Source: Pocillopora damicornis (taxonomy: Eukaryota). From it: a DNA stretch of 64,000 nt. Below, piece after piece: positions 35,862-48,700 of the stretch. The stretch is taken from the NCBI RefSeq assembly GCF_003704095.1, contig NW_020846216.1, positions 124,001-188,000 of the forward strand, given 5' to 3'. The stretch's first letter is position 1. Each line of letters begins with the position of its first letter. The translations under genes were made by a program, and so were the position numbers. Under the pieces are notes generated by a model, which made no database searches, was not told the DNA's origin, and saw only the letters and a list, made by a program, of their open reading frames with translations.

Positions 35862-37553
35862 ATGACCGAGTCTCGCAGAGATGTTGATGTTTATCTGGAA
35901 CAGCGTGACGAACAAACCTATGCTAACAGCGCATCCCAGAATGCATTTTATGCATTTCTCCGCTGTCCTCCAGATTGGCGGCGCAACCTCACTCGATTCT
36001 GTGCTTCGGCCCAAATTCTTCTGACAAGAGGCAGAACTTTACGAAGTTTACCGAGGGTATTTATCCTGCGCAGAGTATTTTTTCTCTTTTGGATATTAAC
36101 AGTTATCCTGTTCGTGTACCTCAAGTGGTATTTTCCCTTATATCTGACGAGCACGGTAAATCGCAACAGTTTAGAGGAGTTCAGGTGGGACTGGTGTCGA
36201 GTGCGAAGGGTTTCGATAAACTGGGAATTACTAAGATCCCCTTGTGAAGGGAACACCAAATTTGGTAGAAGTCTACCTGGTTGGGGGATTGAAAACAGGA
36301 CTGACCCGAGGCAAAGCTTTATTCCTTATATGGATATCAGACCTGCAGGCGAGTTTAGTAGGTTCAGTATTCAGTCCCAAACGTCCAGTGGCCAACCTAA
36401 GGCAATCGGGGGTGACGATTGGCGGGTTCTTATATGGGGCCCATCAGTACAGGCACCGACAGTGATTGATCACAAAAATGGAACGTACGAGGTGTTGTTT
36501 CTTATACTGGAGCCTGGTACCTACTCTGGATTGATTGTTTTGGATTACTCCCTGTGCGACGGAATGAAAAATCCACCTGAATACTGGTTTATGATTGGTA
36601 AGTTGTGGTAGACGATTGTTTTCTATGAATCGTAAAGAATTTCTGAGAACCTCAAAAAAAAATTATCTTATGACATGGTTCCCGGAATCCTCTCAAGGAA
36701 GAAAAGCGATCAAACGTCTGAGTGAGCGAACGTTGTTTTGGCTAAGAGGTGTGCTTTCAGGCTGTCAGAACAAAGATTTGTTATTTCACCTATTGGAGCT
36801 ATAACCAGCCACGGACGTTTGTTATTCACGGTGTTTTAAAACTGTGTTTCCTTTTTCGTAGAGCTACAAATGAAATGGTCAGTCAACAGGACACCTGTTA
36901 TCGGAAAAGCTTTGTGTTCAGAGAGTCTCAAGTTTTCCTTTCTCCCATTTGTTCCTTACCAGATTTTATTTGAAGTATTTTATACTATTGTTTTACCTGA
37001 GAGAGATTTTTTGTATGTTTCCTTTCAAATTTTGCGTGAGAAGTCGGTGAAAATTGATCAACTCGCGCTTGTTCGACGCTTAGCCACCGTGTTCCCTCGG
37101 AAGCTGGGGGGCTGCCCTGGTTATAAATACATCGATCAGGAGTTACAGTCTGAGCGGGAAAGATTTAGTTCGTTTCTCTCTTTGTCCATCAGGAAATATC
37201 CATGGAAACGGGCAACCACACGGGACCCTAATGGAACCCTACGTCTATTTGCAAACTCCCCTTTGGGAAGGAATACCGCTGATAATAGAAGTGGCGTCAC
37301 CGGTTGGTCCTACAAGATATGAAGGTAGCGCACCTCTCATCACCTAGGTCGGCCCCGAGTTATTCTGAGAGGGTAATTTATTGTTAACAACTGAGTTGAA
37401 AACGCAAATTGGCCACCGTAAAGAGTAAAAAAACCGACGAGCGTCTATCGCTCTGACGAAGGGCTAACGATCGAAACGTCAGCTTTTTTACTCTTTACGG
37501 TGGCCAATTTACGTTTTAAACCCAGTTGTTAACACTATAAATTACCTGCTATA

Positions 37554-37602
<49 letters not shown>

Positions 37603-40345
37603 ATTCCGAGAGGGGATTGGTTTTTGATAAATAAAACGAATCCAGGTTTTAATTCCATAGGAAAAACTTTCATAGGGTGAAACCACACGTAGGTGGAGGT
37701 GAGAGTTCATGGACTGGATTACGCGCACTCAACTAATTGGAGCAAATTCCCATAAAACAGTCGGAAGAAATCTGAAATTGTTATGGTCAAAAGAAAAAGA
37801 ACGCTCGCACCACTTTCTTATCCAATCAGATTCAAAATTAAACCAACTGCGACTTGTTCACCAGCGCTTTCCCACGATTAAGACAATTTGCTTGTTTTGA
37901 CTTTGAGTTCTCATTGGCTCTCTGCGATATTTTCCTTCTTCTGATTGGCTGTCGTGATTACTTTAATTTTGGTTTTCAGCACTAAATCAAAAATCGCAAC
38001 TGGTCGGTTTTGGAAAATGTGGAAAAACCCTTCCCAATTTCAAATACGTTTAGTTAGGAAATTTTTGAAGGGAACTTTTACAGGTAAGTCACATTTTTGA
38101 CGATCAATATGTTGTCTCAAACCCGCTATAGACTAAAAAGTTAAAATATATTTTTAATGTGTGTTTAGTTGTGATCAACACTCTTTTGGAATATCTCAAT
38201 ACTCAATTATCAATCTTTTAGCTTTTTGGACAAATTCTAACGTCGTTCCACGCTTTCAGAATTTCTCAGTTATGGATTTGGTAATCCTCCTTCTTGCGGG
38301 GAGGATTGCAAATTCTTATGGGATGGCTTCGGCCGCTGGTCTAACGGAACCTGGAAACCACAAGTGGAAGGTAATGCAGGTCGTTTCACCAATATACAGC
38401 AAGGGGATCAAACCAGAGGCATACGTTCGCGTGAAATTCACATGTTTTCGGAAACTTCATTCTTTCTCATAGCCCGATCAAATTTACTGACCAGCCGCTA
38501 GTATTAAATCGCTGGAGACTTCACATCATCAGAAATCATTACTTGAAGGAATCAGGCTGCAATACAATCAGAGTTAGGGTAAAGAGATTTTTCTTGATTT
38601 ATAGAGCGAGTCTCAAAAACCCTCAATTTCAAAATATGACAAAATGTAAAGCCGATCTTGCTCGTTAAAATTATTTTTATTTGCACCAAAATAGAATTCA
38701 AAGCATTTTCACGTCAAAGATCTCCCACTTCTCCTCGTTTTGAAACGAATGCGCATGCCTTAGAGATCTCGAAAATAGCTTAATGTGAAATGGGCTGTTC
38801 TTTCAACTTCTACAGGTTTGTGGACGAAACATTCTCCAAGGAACCGCGAGGGTGTACTGTGGATCTATGGAGATTCAAATGCGGGTCGGTTTTATCGCTC
38901 TATCCGCCGAACTCCGCTGTGTAGAACGGTTTTCCGCGCTTGCAGTTTCTCGTACAACTGGATTTATCCAATTAAAAACGCTACAGTGGAAATGCAGCAA
39001 CAAAATTTTCTACCAATAAATGTGTCCCGAGTGTTGGACGCCATTGCGAAAGTAATTCATCTGCCACAAATGAACAACGAGAAAAGTGTCATTCTCTTAA
39101 ATCATGGTCTGCATTTTATGACTTCGACAAACTTCACAACATACCGCGAGGTTGTCAACGGAATAATAGATTTGTTTAAAGAGACAAGGACAGACAACAA
39201 AGGAAAAGAACTTAAGTTCCGAGGGAAAGTTATTTGGAAGACAACCTCTGCTATTCACCGCGAAAGGTTAAGATATCCCCATCATCACAAGCGAAGATTT
39301 TTAACTCGTCAGGTACGTCCATTGTGTAATTTCTGTAATGTTGAATTTAACAGTTTGCGCCAGAGATCAATTTGAAATACGTGGTTAAGTGAGTTGAATG
39401 ATCGGCAAAAATCAAACACTAATGAAATTTTAATGGTAGCTACCAGACCGCGCGCAAAATTATATGTTTGTGTTTACTCTTTGTGACTGAGTAAATCAAT
39501 GGCGAGTTCTATTGAACGTTAAGCGAGGTCGGGTTCAAAAGACCAAAATTCAACCAGTTACCACTACATGGTATATGATCGATAGAAACATGCACAAGCG
39601 TGGAAACAGTCTCGCGGAGATTCGTCGCCTGTTGTGTGCATACCAGGAATTGTACGCCTAAATTCATATTTAAAATCGAATTATGCTTCGTGTAACGCAT
39701 CGATCAAATGTTAAGCATGAACAAATTGATTCTATGGATTTTCTACGCCGAAAAAAAATCATGAAATAAAGTAAGGGAAAAGGAGAACTTTAAATTTTCG
39801 AACGCGAAGTTTATTCAGTTACAATATTCTGTTGATCCCTTTTGCTCAGAGTTTTACCAAAAAGCTACATGTTTTTAAAACAGTATGAATTACTGGATTT
39901 TCAATTATCTTAAGTTTCAATGAAAATTTTTGGCCGCCTCTTAGCCTTTTCAACTTCCGTACAAGCACAGACGTTTGACCGTTGTGTTCCTTTCTTCTAA
40001 AGAATGTAGGTCGATATAATGTGAACACTGAAAATAAATGATCAGTTGAATAAAACTGCCAGGAAGCATTGTCAGATAACTTGGAAATTCTCTTTTCAAA
40101 TTTACACCCTCTAGCGGGTACAACTGTACAACGCTTACTCCACCTGGGCTATGTGTCAAGCTGGTTTTGAGGTACTTGATGTGTACCCAATTAGTGCGTC
40201 TTTTCCAAACGGAACCGACAACAGCTTGGATCCTTACGATGCCGTCCACTACAAGGATTTGGTGATCAAGCCCGCGGAACACATTCTTCTCGAATACTTC
40301 AGCCCTCGGTGGACAACAGTCAATAACACAAACAGAGAAGTGTGA
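35862..40345 (+). CDS. NXPE-like / PC-esterase (SGNH) type II membrane protein, copy 2 (5 coding exons, about 568 aa)
   Basis: Exons 35862-36597, 37193-37324, 38260-38370, 38816-39312 and 40115-40345. TM segment VFFLFWILTVILFVYL, GGDDWRV...DHKNGTYEV, CGEDCKFLWDGFGRW, WIYGDS (38869-38877), NHGLHF and DAVH (40238-40249). Confidence 0.9.
37371..37604 (+). mobile_element. Fold-back Penelope-like 3' remnant carrying a hammerhead core
   Basis: Inverted arms of about 70 bp (37371-37439 and 37477-37547), then the family 3' end CTCCCACCGACGCAGCACCACAGTTTCTTTAGAAACTTACCCC. Confidence 0.8.
37450..37483 (+). ncRNA. Minimal type I hammerhead ribozyme motif, core intact
   Basis: GCT-CTGACGA-A-GGGC-taac-GATC-GAAA-C-GTC-AGC: 3-bp stem I, both core boxes, one mismatch in stem II and a palindromic ACGT stem III. 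Predicted cleavage is after C37480. Confidence 0.75.
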
Positions 40346-40379
40346 AGCCTTGGAGATGAACGAGTTTATTGTTACTTTC

Positions 40380-40610
40380 TTAAAAAATTTTTGTGGTGCG
40401 TTGGTGAAACAATTAGTTGGTTATCAACCACAAGTTGATGAAGGAAGTCTAATCGCCGAAGAGAATTTTGGAAAGCTGACGTTTTCGGCGTTTGCCCTCT
40501 CCAGGGAATTAAGATTATTGATAACATTTTATTTGCCCCACTTACGTTTAACACTCGAAACGTCAGGTTTTAGCTGGCGGTTTAACTGCCTTTACGAACT
40601 CATCTCCGAT
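40380..40610. mobile_element. Degenerate fold-back Penelope-like 3' remnant
   Basis: AGCTGACGTTTTCGGCGTTTGCCCT opposed to TTAACACTCGAAACGTCAGG, with decayed family arms. Confidence 0.5.
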
Positions 40611-42104
40611 AATCAGCAAATTTTAAAACCTGGAGAAATTTACGGTGTATGAAACAATCCAAGGAAATTGATTTATATTTAAGCTCTACTAAAAATATTT
40701 CTTTCATCCTTGATGATGCCGTTGATCGGTAACAGCTCGAATTTTTAAACTTTACCCCTGATTTTTTTTAAAGGCCTTATTCGAATTTTGATATTGTTTA
40801 TTTAAAAAATGTTACTGGAGGACGGCTGCAAAGATTATAAAAATTTTTTGGTTTTGCCACATTCTCTCACAAGTCTTAGCATACATTAACGAATGTCCAG
40901 TTCGCAGGCAGCCATTTTGGTTTTTTTTTTCCGCTGGCTGATTTTTCCCGATCATGTTGGTTCATCTGCCAAGTTGAATATACTTTCAGAGCTGCCCATC
41001 AAAGGGTTTTTTAAATTGTATTTCTCATTATTTCAGAGGCCCAACCCTGCAATAGAATTGACTTTCTTTTTTTCTTGTTATTTTAATAAATATGAAATGT
41101 TGTCACGGTCAATCAGTATTTCTAAATGTATTAGCTATACGGTTGGAAAAGAAATTCCATATCTACGCGCACCTATGTATTATTCTCTAAAATTATATAA
41201 TTTTTTTCATAGATTTCTTAAAATTGGGATAACTTGATAAACCTCGCATTACAGGATATAACATGTACTTCAGCGAGAAGTACTATAATCAAATAATATT
41301 CTTGTAATTCAACATTGAAATTATAACCAAGCTCGGACTCATGTCATTCTGTTTGTCATTTGTAAATTTTAATAGAAAATACATGAACGTTTAAGCTTTC
41401 AATGAAGAAAAAAAAATTGGAATTTCTTTATTTTCTTATGCACCTCAAGTTGAAAGTTTTGCTTAATTACAATCAATAGTTAAGGCGTGGTATAATCAAT
41501 GAGACCCGAGTAACTTAACAGGTCTTACGGCAGACGTCACAAATCACGTGACACGGATAACGACGGGTGAACAAAGAACAAAAAAATCAGCAAGTGAATT
41601 TTACGATTCACCGGTAAGGAGGATTCTATTATTCTCTTTTAATCACACCACCTGATGTCACTCACGAACAGATATTTCTAATATCTTGGAATTCGAAGAT
41701 GGGATAACGAGCAACAGAGAGAACAACTTCTTTCTTAAAGTTGAGAGGTAAGAGAAACGGCTTATTGATTAGCGCCGGTTAAGTAGCCGCTCTACCAGCA
41801 GTTTCAAGTATAGCATAGCTGGAATATCTTCATTGTCTCTGCGTACAATCTCTCAAATTAATTTGACTATGGTTTAGCTGCGAGTTCCATTGTGTTTGAA
41901 TGAAATCTATTTCGGGCGGGAGAAAATCGAAAGCAGGGACCGTAATTGTTTTGATAGCTCGGAGACGAGTGCAAAGGGGAACAGGTTGCTTTCAGACAGG
42001 TTCCATTCAACTGTTCAAGTGCCAATTTGTTTTTTTTTTGGAATTAGGTCATTTTTTCGTCTCTGGAGTGAACAATTTTTCTCTTTGTGTTGCGCGCAGA
42101 TCAT

Positions 42105-45100
42105 ATGAACGGAATTGATGAGGATGACCCAGATTTCATCATTACATCTTCTACTGACGACCAAAATTGTGACAGCATGCGAAGGAAAAAATTGATTCCG
42201 TCCATCCAGCAGTCCATCAAAACACGAGTACATAAAGTCGGAACTTTGAGAGGGTTGCCACGACTATTTCTATTACGACGAGCATTTTGCTTCTACTGGT
42301 GTGTGATAATATCGCTGTTTATTTACCTCAAGTGGTATTATCCACTATATCTGACAAGTAATGTCAACAGAAACACTTTAGAAGACTTTGGCAGGGACTG
42401 GTGTCGAATGCGCAATGCACGAGTAGATTGGGGACGGCTACAGGAACCTTGCATAGAAAACACGGTCTACGAAAATAATTTACCTGGATGGAATGTAGAA
42501 AACCGGACTAATGGGAGAATGAGTTTTGTTTCATCCACTGATATTCAACCTGCTGGACAGTTTAGCAGGATTATCATTCAGTCCCAGACTGTTGAGGACC
42601 TTCCAAAATCGGTCGGGGGGGACTATTGGCGAGTTTTTATCTCGGGTCCCACTGGGTTTGCGCCCACGGTAACTGACCTTGGTAACGGAGAATACGAGAT
42701 TCTGTTCTTGATCCTACATCCAGGGAATTATTGCTTGTCGGCGGTGTTGGATCATTCCCTATGTGACGGGATGAAAGACCCTCCGGATTATTGGTTTGTT
42801 TCAGGTAGGCAGGTAACCAAGAGAGGATTAAACGAACCTGTTCTGTTCTTTGGAATAAGCCAGGCGGACGGCCAATCTCATTGTATCATCTTCTCATATT
42901 GTTACTTAAAGCTGAAGTCGTATTTAATGTTACAGTGCGATTGCATCAACCAGGGAACAAAACCTTCTCAGAGTCCTTTCTCTCGAAAGAACAGGGGGGA
43001 GACTAAATACGATTTTAAAGTTTTAGACTAGTCATTATACAACTTCAAATACGGAGATTAAAACAGCTTAACCAATAAACCATTCTTTTTTCAGTGAACG
43101 GTAAAGGGTTAAGATTATCATCCATTATTGTCTCTTCTTCAGGGAACAGTCACGGAAGCAACCAGCCACAAGGAATTCTAAACGGAAAGCAAGTTTACTT
43201 AATGCAACCGCTTTCGGGAGGCGAGGAATTCTGTTTTGACGTGCCTGTGAGCAGCGGGCCAATGAGAAGAGATGGTATTAATTAGCGTGTTGGTTTTAAT
43301 TTTACGTTTTTTCAAACAACGTTGTTGTCTTGGGCACTTTTTATCTGAGCAAACTGATCTAATTGAAAAGATGTGAGCCATGTCGACAGATTTTGGAAGC
43401 GGTTCTCCAGTTATCAGACCATTTGTAATCATAATTAATCTCTCTTTTCCTTTGAAAAACTACGAGTTAAGCTTGTTCAACAATGGAAAAGGCGGTTTTT
43501 TTTATAATTTTGTGCATTCTTCAGGCAAAAGAAGGCAAGTGCGAAGTGAGAATTACGTGGAATTGCGTCACGCTCGCGGTTAACCCCGATCAATGAATCC
43601 TTACCGCTAAGGTTGTTAACATTTTACCCAATTCGCGCGGCATACTTGGTTCTTTCGGTCAAAATCATGGTTTTTCAGTATTGTCATTTTTCTTTTGCAG
43701 AATTTTTGAGTTACGGGCTTGGATACCCGTCATATTGTGGAACAAATTGTAAATTTCTATCGGATGGCTTCGGTTACTGGAGCAACAGGACTTGGGTACC
43801 ACACGCTCCTGGTAAGGTGTAGTACTTTCATTTAAGCTTGGTTATCGTTATACACTCACACATCTCTTCAAATTTTCTTAAGGTACAAAGACTTGAAAAA
43901 GTCTCAAGTTTAACCAGTCTCAGTTTTTTTGTGTGAGGGGTGGGAGGGGTGGGCCGAGTTTTCCCTCTGGACAAGTCATCCACAATTCTGCTTTAGGACA
44001 AAGGGCAGCGGAACTCAGGTACTATATAAATAATCGGGAGAAATCCCCGATATGGCAGTACAGATCCAAACATGTTTAATGACTGAGTGATCTATTGTAA
44101 CAGTTACATAATAGCAGTGCTTGCAACGCGTGAAGTGCGCGCAACGAAGCCCTATACTTATCAAAAATAGTGTACGACCGTACGACCGTACGACCGTACG
44201 AGGTGCTACTTTTGACATGCGTGGTCAACTGTACCGCGGGCACGCCAACGCCATGGCTTTGTCCAGTAGTCCAGTGGTCAGTGCACTGGGCTCCGAGTCG
44301 GACCACCGGGTTCTAGTTCTGGCCGGGGCAAGGCGTTGTGCCCTTGAGACGTGCGGGAAAAAAAAATGCGAGCTCCGCTTTTAGGCTTGGCTAAATCTAT
44401 ATATTAACCCATCAAGCTGAGAAAATTTTAGACTTTGTTTTGTTGTCATTTCGCATTTGACTATTTGAAAGGAGAATCACGAATGAAAGGAAAAACATCA
44501 ATATTTAGAGTGAACTTGCAATGGAGTCTGATTTTCCGTACCTACCAAATTAAGGGAATATTAACTGAGAAAACTTTCCACGTCTCCCTGACCCATATTA
44601 ATCTCTAAAGTCTATTTTAAATTTCGCGCCACGCAGGGAAGTTATACTTATTTATTCTTCCCATGATAACGTGGTTGATATTCTCTTGACCAAATGGACT
44701 GTAACAAAAAAAAAACCATGTTACTTATGGCGCACATTTTGAACCCTTATTTTTCAGAGAGATTATTCAAGAATTCTCCGCGTAAGAGGAAGGGAACTCT
44801 GTGGATCTATGGTGATTCATTAGCCTTGCGATTTTACGATTCTATTTACTACACATCTCTCTGCACGGAAATATTCAAGGCCTGTAATGTGACGTACACT
44901 TGGGTGTACAACATGATTGAACCAGTGGAAGTTGAAAAGTACAAAAGGACTTATCGAGATTTTGATCCTTCCCGCGTGTTACAAGAAATTAGAAACGTCA
45001 TTTATCTCCCTGAAATGGACGAAAACAGTGTGATAATTCTCAACTGTGGACTGCATTACGTATCCGCTTTAAAATTTGGAATTTATCGGAAGCTTATTGA

Positions 45101-45767
45101 TGCAATTATTGACATGTTTAAAGAGACTTGGGAGAATGAACATGGCGTGATCGAACTAAAGTTCAAAGGGAAACTGATTTGGAAAACGACGACAGCCATT
45201 CACAGAGAGAGATTTTTGTATCATGACCATCCAAGCCCGCGGTTCTTAACTCTTCAGGTGCGTTTAAGACCTATGTTCTAGTCAATTGATTATGTTTATC
45301 AAAACCAGTTTGCCGGTTCCCATATGGACACCCCGCCCGGTAAAACAGTGATGGCGTAAAACTTTTTAGAATATTGCAAAGCGAAGTAAATTAAAACCGG
45401 TACATGCAGTTAATGATTACTTTCGACACGTGCTTGAAAAATGATTATATTTTAATTGAATAATCAGTTTTATTCTGATCATTTTTTGCTCCTTGTTTCT
45501 CCACAGCGCATACAGTTGTACAATGCATACGCTGTTTGGGCCATGTGTAATGCGGGAATTGAGATTTTGGATGTTTTTCCGATGAGTTATTCGTTTCCGG
45601 AAGGAACCGACGGAAGTAGCGACAGATACGATGCTGTACATTATAAAAACATTGTCTTCAAACCAGCTGAACAGCTTTTGTATGAATATTTCAATCCTTA
45701 CATGGACAAACCAAGGAAGATTGGATTGTATTATTCTTTATTTGGAAATAAAACCGCCAACTTGTAA
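42105..45767 (+). CDS. NXPE-like / PC-esterase (SGNH) type II membrane protein, copy 3 (5 coding exons, about 567 aa)
   Basis: Exons 42105-42804, 43143-43274, 43701-43811, 44758-45257 and 45507-45767. TM segment AFCFYWCVIISLFIYL, GGDYWRV...DLGNGEYEI, CGTNCKFLSDGFGYW, WIYGDS (44811-44819), NCGLHY and DAVH (45630-45641). Confidence 0.9.
44022..44406 (+). mobile_element. Unclassified GC-rich insertion with an 8-bp tandem motif and an embedded tRNA-like segment
   Basis: Bounded by TATATA motifs. (CCGTACGA)x3 at 44172-44201. A-box-like TAGTCCAGTGG and B-box-like GGTTCTAGTTC at about 44267-44320. Confidence 0.5.
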
Positions 45768-48700
45768 ATAAAAATCGTTTGTTTTTGTTATAGAAGAAGC
45801 GACGCCAGGGGGAGAGGGGAGTGGAGTGTAGTCGAAGCATCTAAGATGATCTTCTATGTGGAACAGTTTACTACAGTTTACTATTACAGATGCTACATGC
45901 ATGTGAAAACAATCATCTCCAACTGCTTTTAGCAGATGTATAGTTCACGAAAAAAAAGAGTGCAGAAACCCACAGATTGCACGCAATCCAGTGTGTATTT
46001 GCCTCGAACCACCCACAAATTCAAATCTTGAAGCCGGATTTTAATTAAGTGAGATTGGTAGTTTAATAAAATTTTTGTAGATATTGTCTTATACAATTAA
46101 TTTCATAATATGAAGAACATGCAGGACAACCAAATAAAACAAATTTACTTCCCAGTTCTTAAATCAAAACTCACAGATTAGAAGTCTACATTAATGTTAG
46201 TAGATTTTCAAGATAGAAATACCATGCAACACGTTGATAAGGCTGTCGCTTCTCTTTAAGATCCACACTCTCATGTACATTACAATAAATTATCTCGCTT
46301 TTGCCCCCGAGAATCAAAGGTAGACTGGTGAGCATGCACATTCATCTTGTGAAGTTCCAGCAAGGGACTTATCACTCGTCGTGTAACAAAAGTAAAGAAG
46401 ATCTAGACGAAAAATTAAGTCCCTTTGTATCTATATCTGAGTGTAGTCGACACCCATCTTGATTCACAAACTACATCTGACATGTAGATTCAACGATCTA
46501 TAATAACGCATAGAAAATAAATGCGATATTTGAGGAAAACAGCCGTTAAATGAGTGGCGACTTTTTATTATTGCATGAACTTATCCAACCTTGCCCCGAA
46601 AAAGGGAGGAATTAGAAAAAAAATTATATTTAAATTTCTAGCGATAAATCCCTAAACTCATTAGCCGTCAAGTGCGATCAAAATAAAAACACTCCTTTGA
46701 ATTTTAATATACTGTCTAGCAGACGGATGTTAAGAATTGAGAAATGAAAAAGTATAGGAATATTTCATTATCTTAACACCAAACTGTCTGCACAGGCCTA
46801 CAAAGAAATTCCTGGTTAGAAAAACGGATTTTAGAAAATCACTTTTGATCCTTGAGAGTGGAAGATTCCAGTAAAAAAAATGTATTTTTGTATGCTTTCC
46901 CCGCATTTTCAAGTCTTTTAATTTTTCTGGTCTTTATCACCTAATTTTCTCCGCACGACACTTAAAAGCGCACGGAAGACCGCAGAGGACACCATCAGTT
47001 AATCAGTCAGCCAGTTAATCAAATAAGAAGTAATTTATCTTGACGCGTTTTTTCTCTCAAAGTATTGAGCTTTGCGAATTATGAATCAAAGTGTGGCACT
47101 TTTATTTTCAGTCGGTAGGGGCTGCGCTGATTCATGCTCTTGAGAAGAAACTTGGTGCTAATTTTACTGGAAAAACCAAAGAGTAGGAGTACTGTCTACA
47201 ATATTATTGCAGAACCTGTGAAGGAAGGAGCAAAGAAATCTCAATGAATGAGTGTGTTCCATATATGTCAAACAAGACTCAATGCCGCACGCTAATCTGT
47301 AACCTAGCCTCCGCTCTAGTTACCAGTTCTAACCGAGCGATTGAACTGGGTGAAGCATTTGATGGATCTCAAAATTTGATCCAGCTCAAAATTTGATGCA
47401 ACCTAAAATTTGATGTTAAGGGGACTTTTTAAGCATAAAATTCTTTTTATCACAGAATAGTTTGGGTATTGCATGGACCTCGCAGTATTAGGTATGTCTG
47501 GGGGCACTGGATGTACCCCGGGGGCAATGGACATAGTCCCGGATAAAAGGCACATGGCTTAGTGGACTTTGCATTGATAGTGGACTTTGCATCGATAAAC
47601 TATCATCGCCTGAGTGAAGGGGGGGGGGGGGGGGGGGNNNNNNNNNNNNNNNNNNNNNNNNNNNNNNNNNNNNNNNTGACTGATTCCCCTCCGTTCTCCA
47701 TGAAAACCATGTGATCCCCTAAAAATTCTCCACCTCCCAAAAGACTGGCCTCTAATCTGGCGGCAGGAAAACTTCCCATGAAAGTAAATGTTCATTAAAC
47801 GTTAAGTAAACGTTAAGTATTCATTTATTCCAGCTATTTATTGGTTTTCGTCGTATTTCATTCGGAAACGTAAGATCGCTATAGAAATCGGAACGCCCTT
47901 TGATGACATTGTGACAATTTTCTTTTGTTTATCGTCCAAAAACGAACAATAGCTTCAATTCCGAAAATTTTGCTTTTAATTTTTTAACCACACAGCAAGG
48001 AATGCCAAATTTGAAAGGCACTATAACTCAATAATAAAGCATGAGTTAATTAAAATGCCTCGCGAATGCACACGGCAAATGGCAAGAATTGAACTTTCAG
48101 CTTTTGGAGCAGTCCGTTCGCGTTTTTCAGTGATGAAACATTACAGACAGTAACAATGGCTTAAATGTAAACAACAGAAGTTTGGAGTTCATTGACAAAA
48201 ACGGCTCGCGAGCGTCCCAAAAACACTTCCTCCGCAATTGCTTTCAAAGGCTTCTGATGAATTTCAGAAAAGCTGTCAGACTCAAAGCTATCTAGTTCCT
48301 TAGATCGGACTTTCCTAAATTTCGATTGTGATCTAGCACGCGCTGTTCGGAATGTTCTCGAATGCACGACTTGCAAACACGCTTCACACGCACCTCATTC
48401 AAAGGTCTCTCTATAAAGCTCGCAAAATGCCCTTTTTTATTTTATGCAAATCAAGATTGAGAACATTTGGCGAAAAAAAAACTTTTCATGCATAAAATGC
48501 TGCAGTCATTCTTTGGAATTCATGCTTCACTCGCGCCGGTAAAAGGTGGCTGTGCAAAAATTAAAACGACAATAACAAGAAGTAAAATACGAACTTTGGC
48601 CCACAATCATCAAATATGCTTGTTCAAAGTCTCTATTTAAAGATTTGAAAATGCTCTGTTTTAATAAATACAAATCAAACTTGAAAACATTGAGCGAAAA

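Noticed and set aside
40708-40745. Additional hammerhead-like motif (TTGATGA...GCCGTT/AACAGC...TCGAAT)
   Set aside because: Both core boxes and the spacing deviate, so it cannot be told apart from chance.
44260-44330. Genuine tRNA gene
   Set aside because: The acceptor and anticodon stems do not pair properly, and the segment resembles the SINE head embedded in a repeat.
47368-47605. Short tandem duplications (CAAAATTTGAT-like x3; TAGTGGACTTTGCAT x2)
   Set aside because: Small local repeats, probably transposon subterminal sequence next to a gap. No evidence of function.
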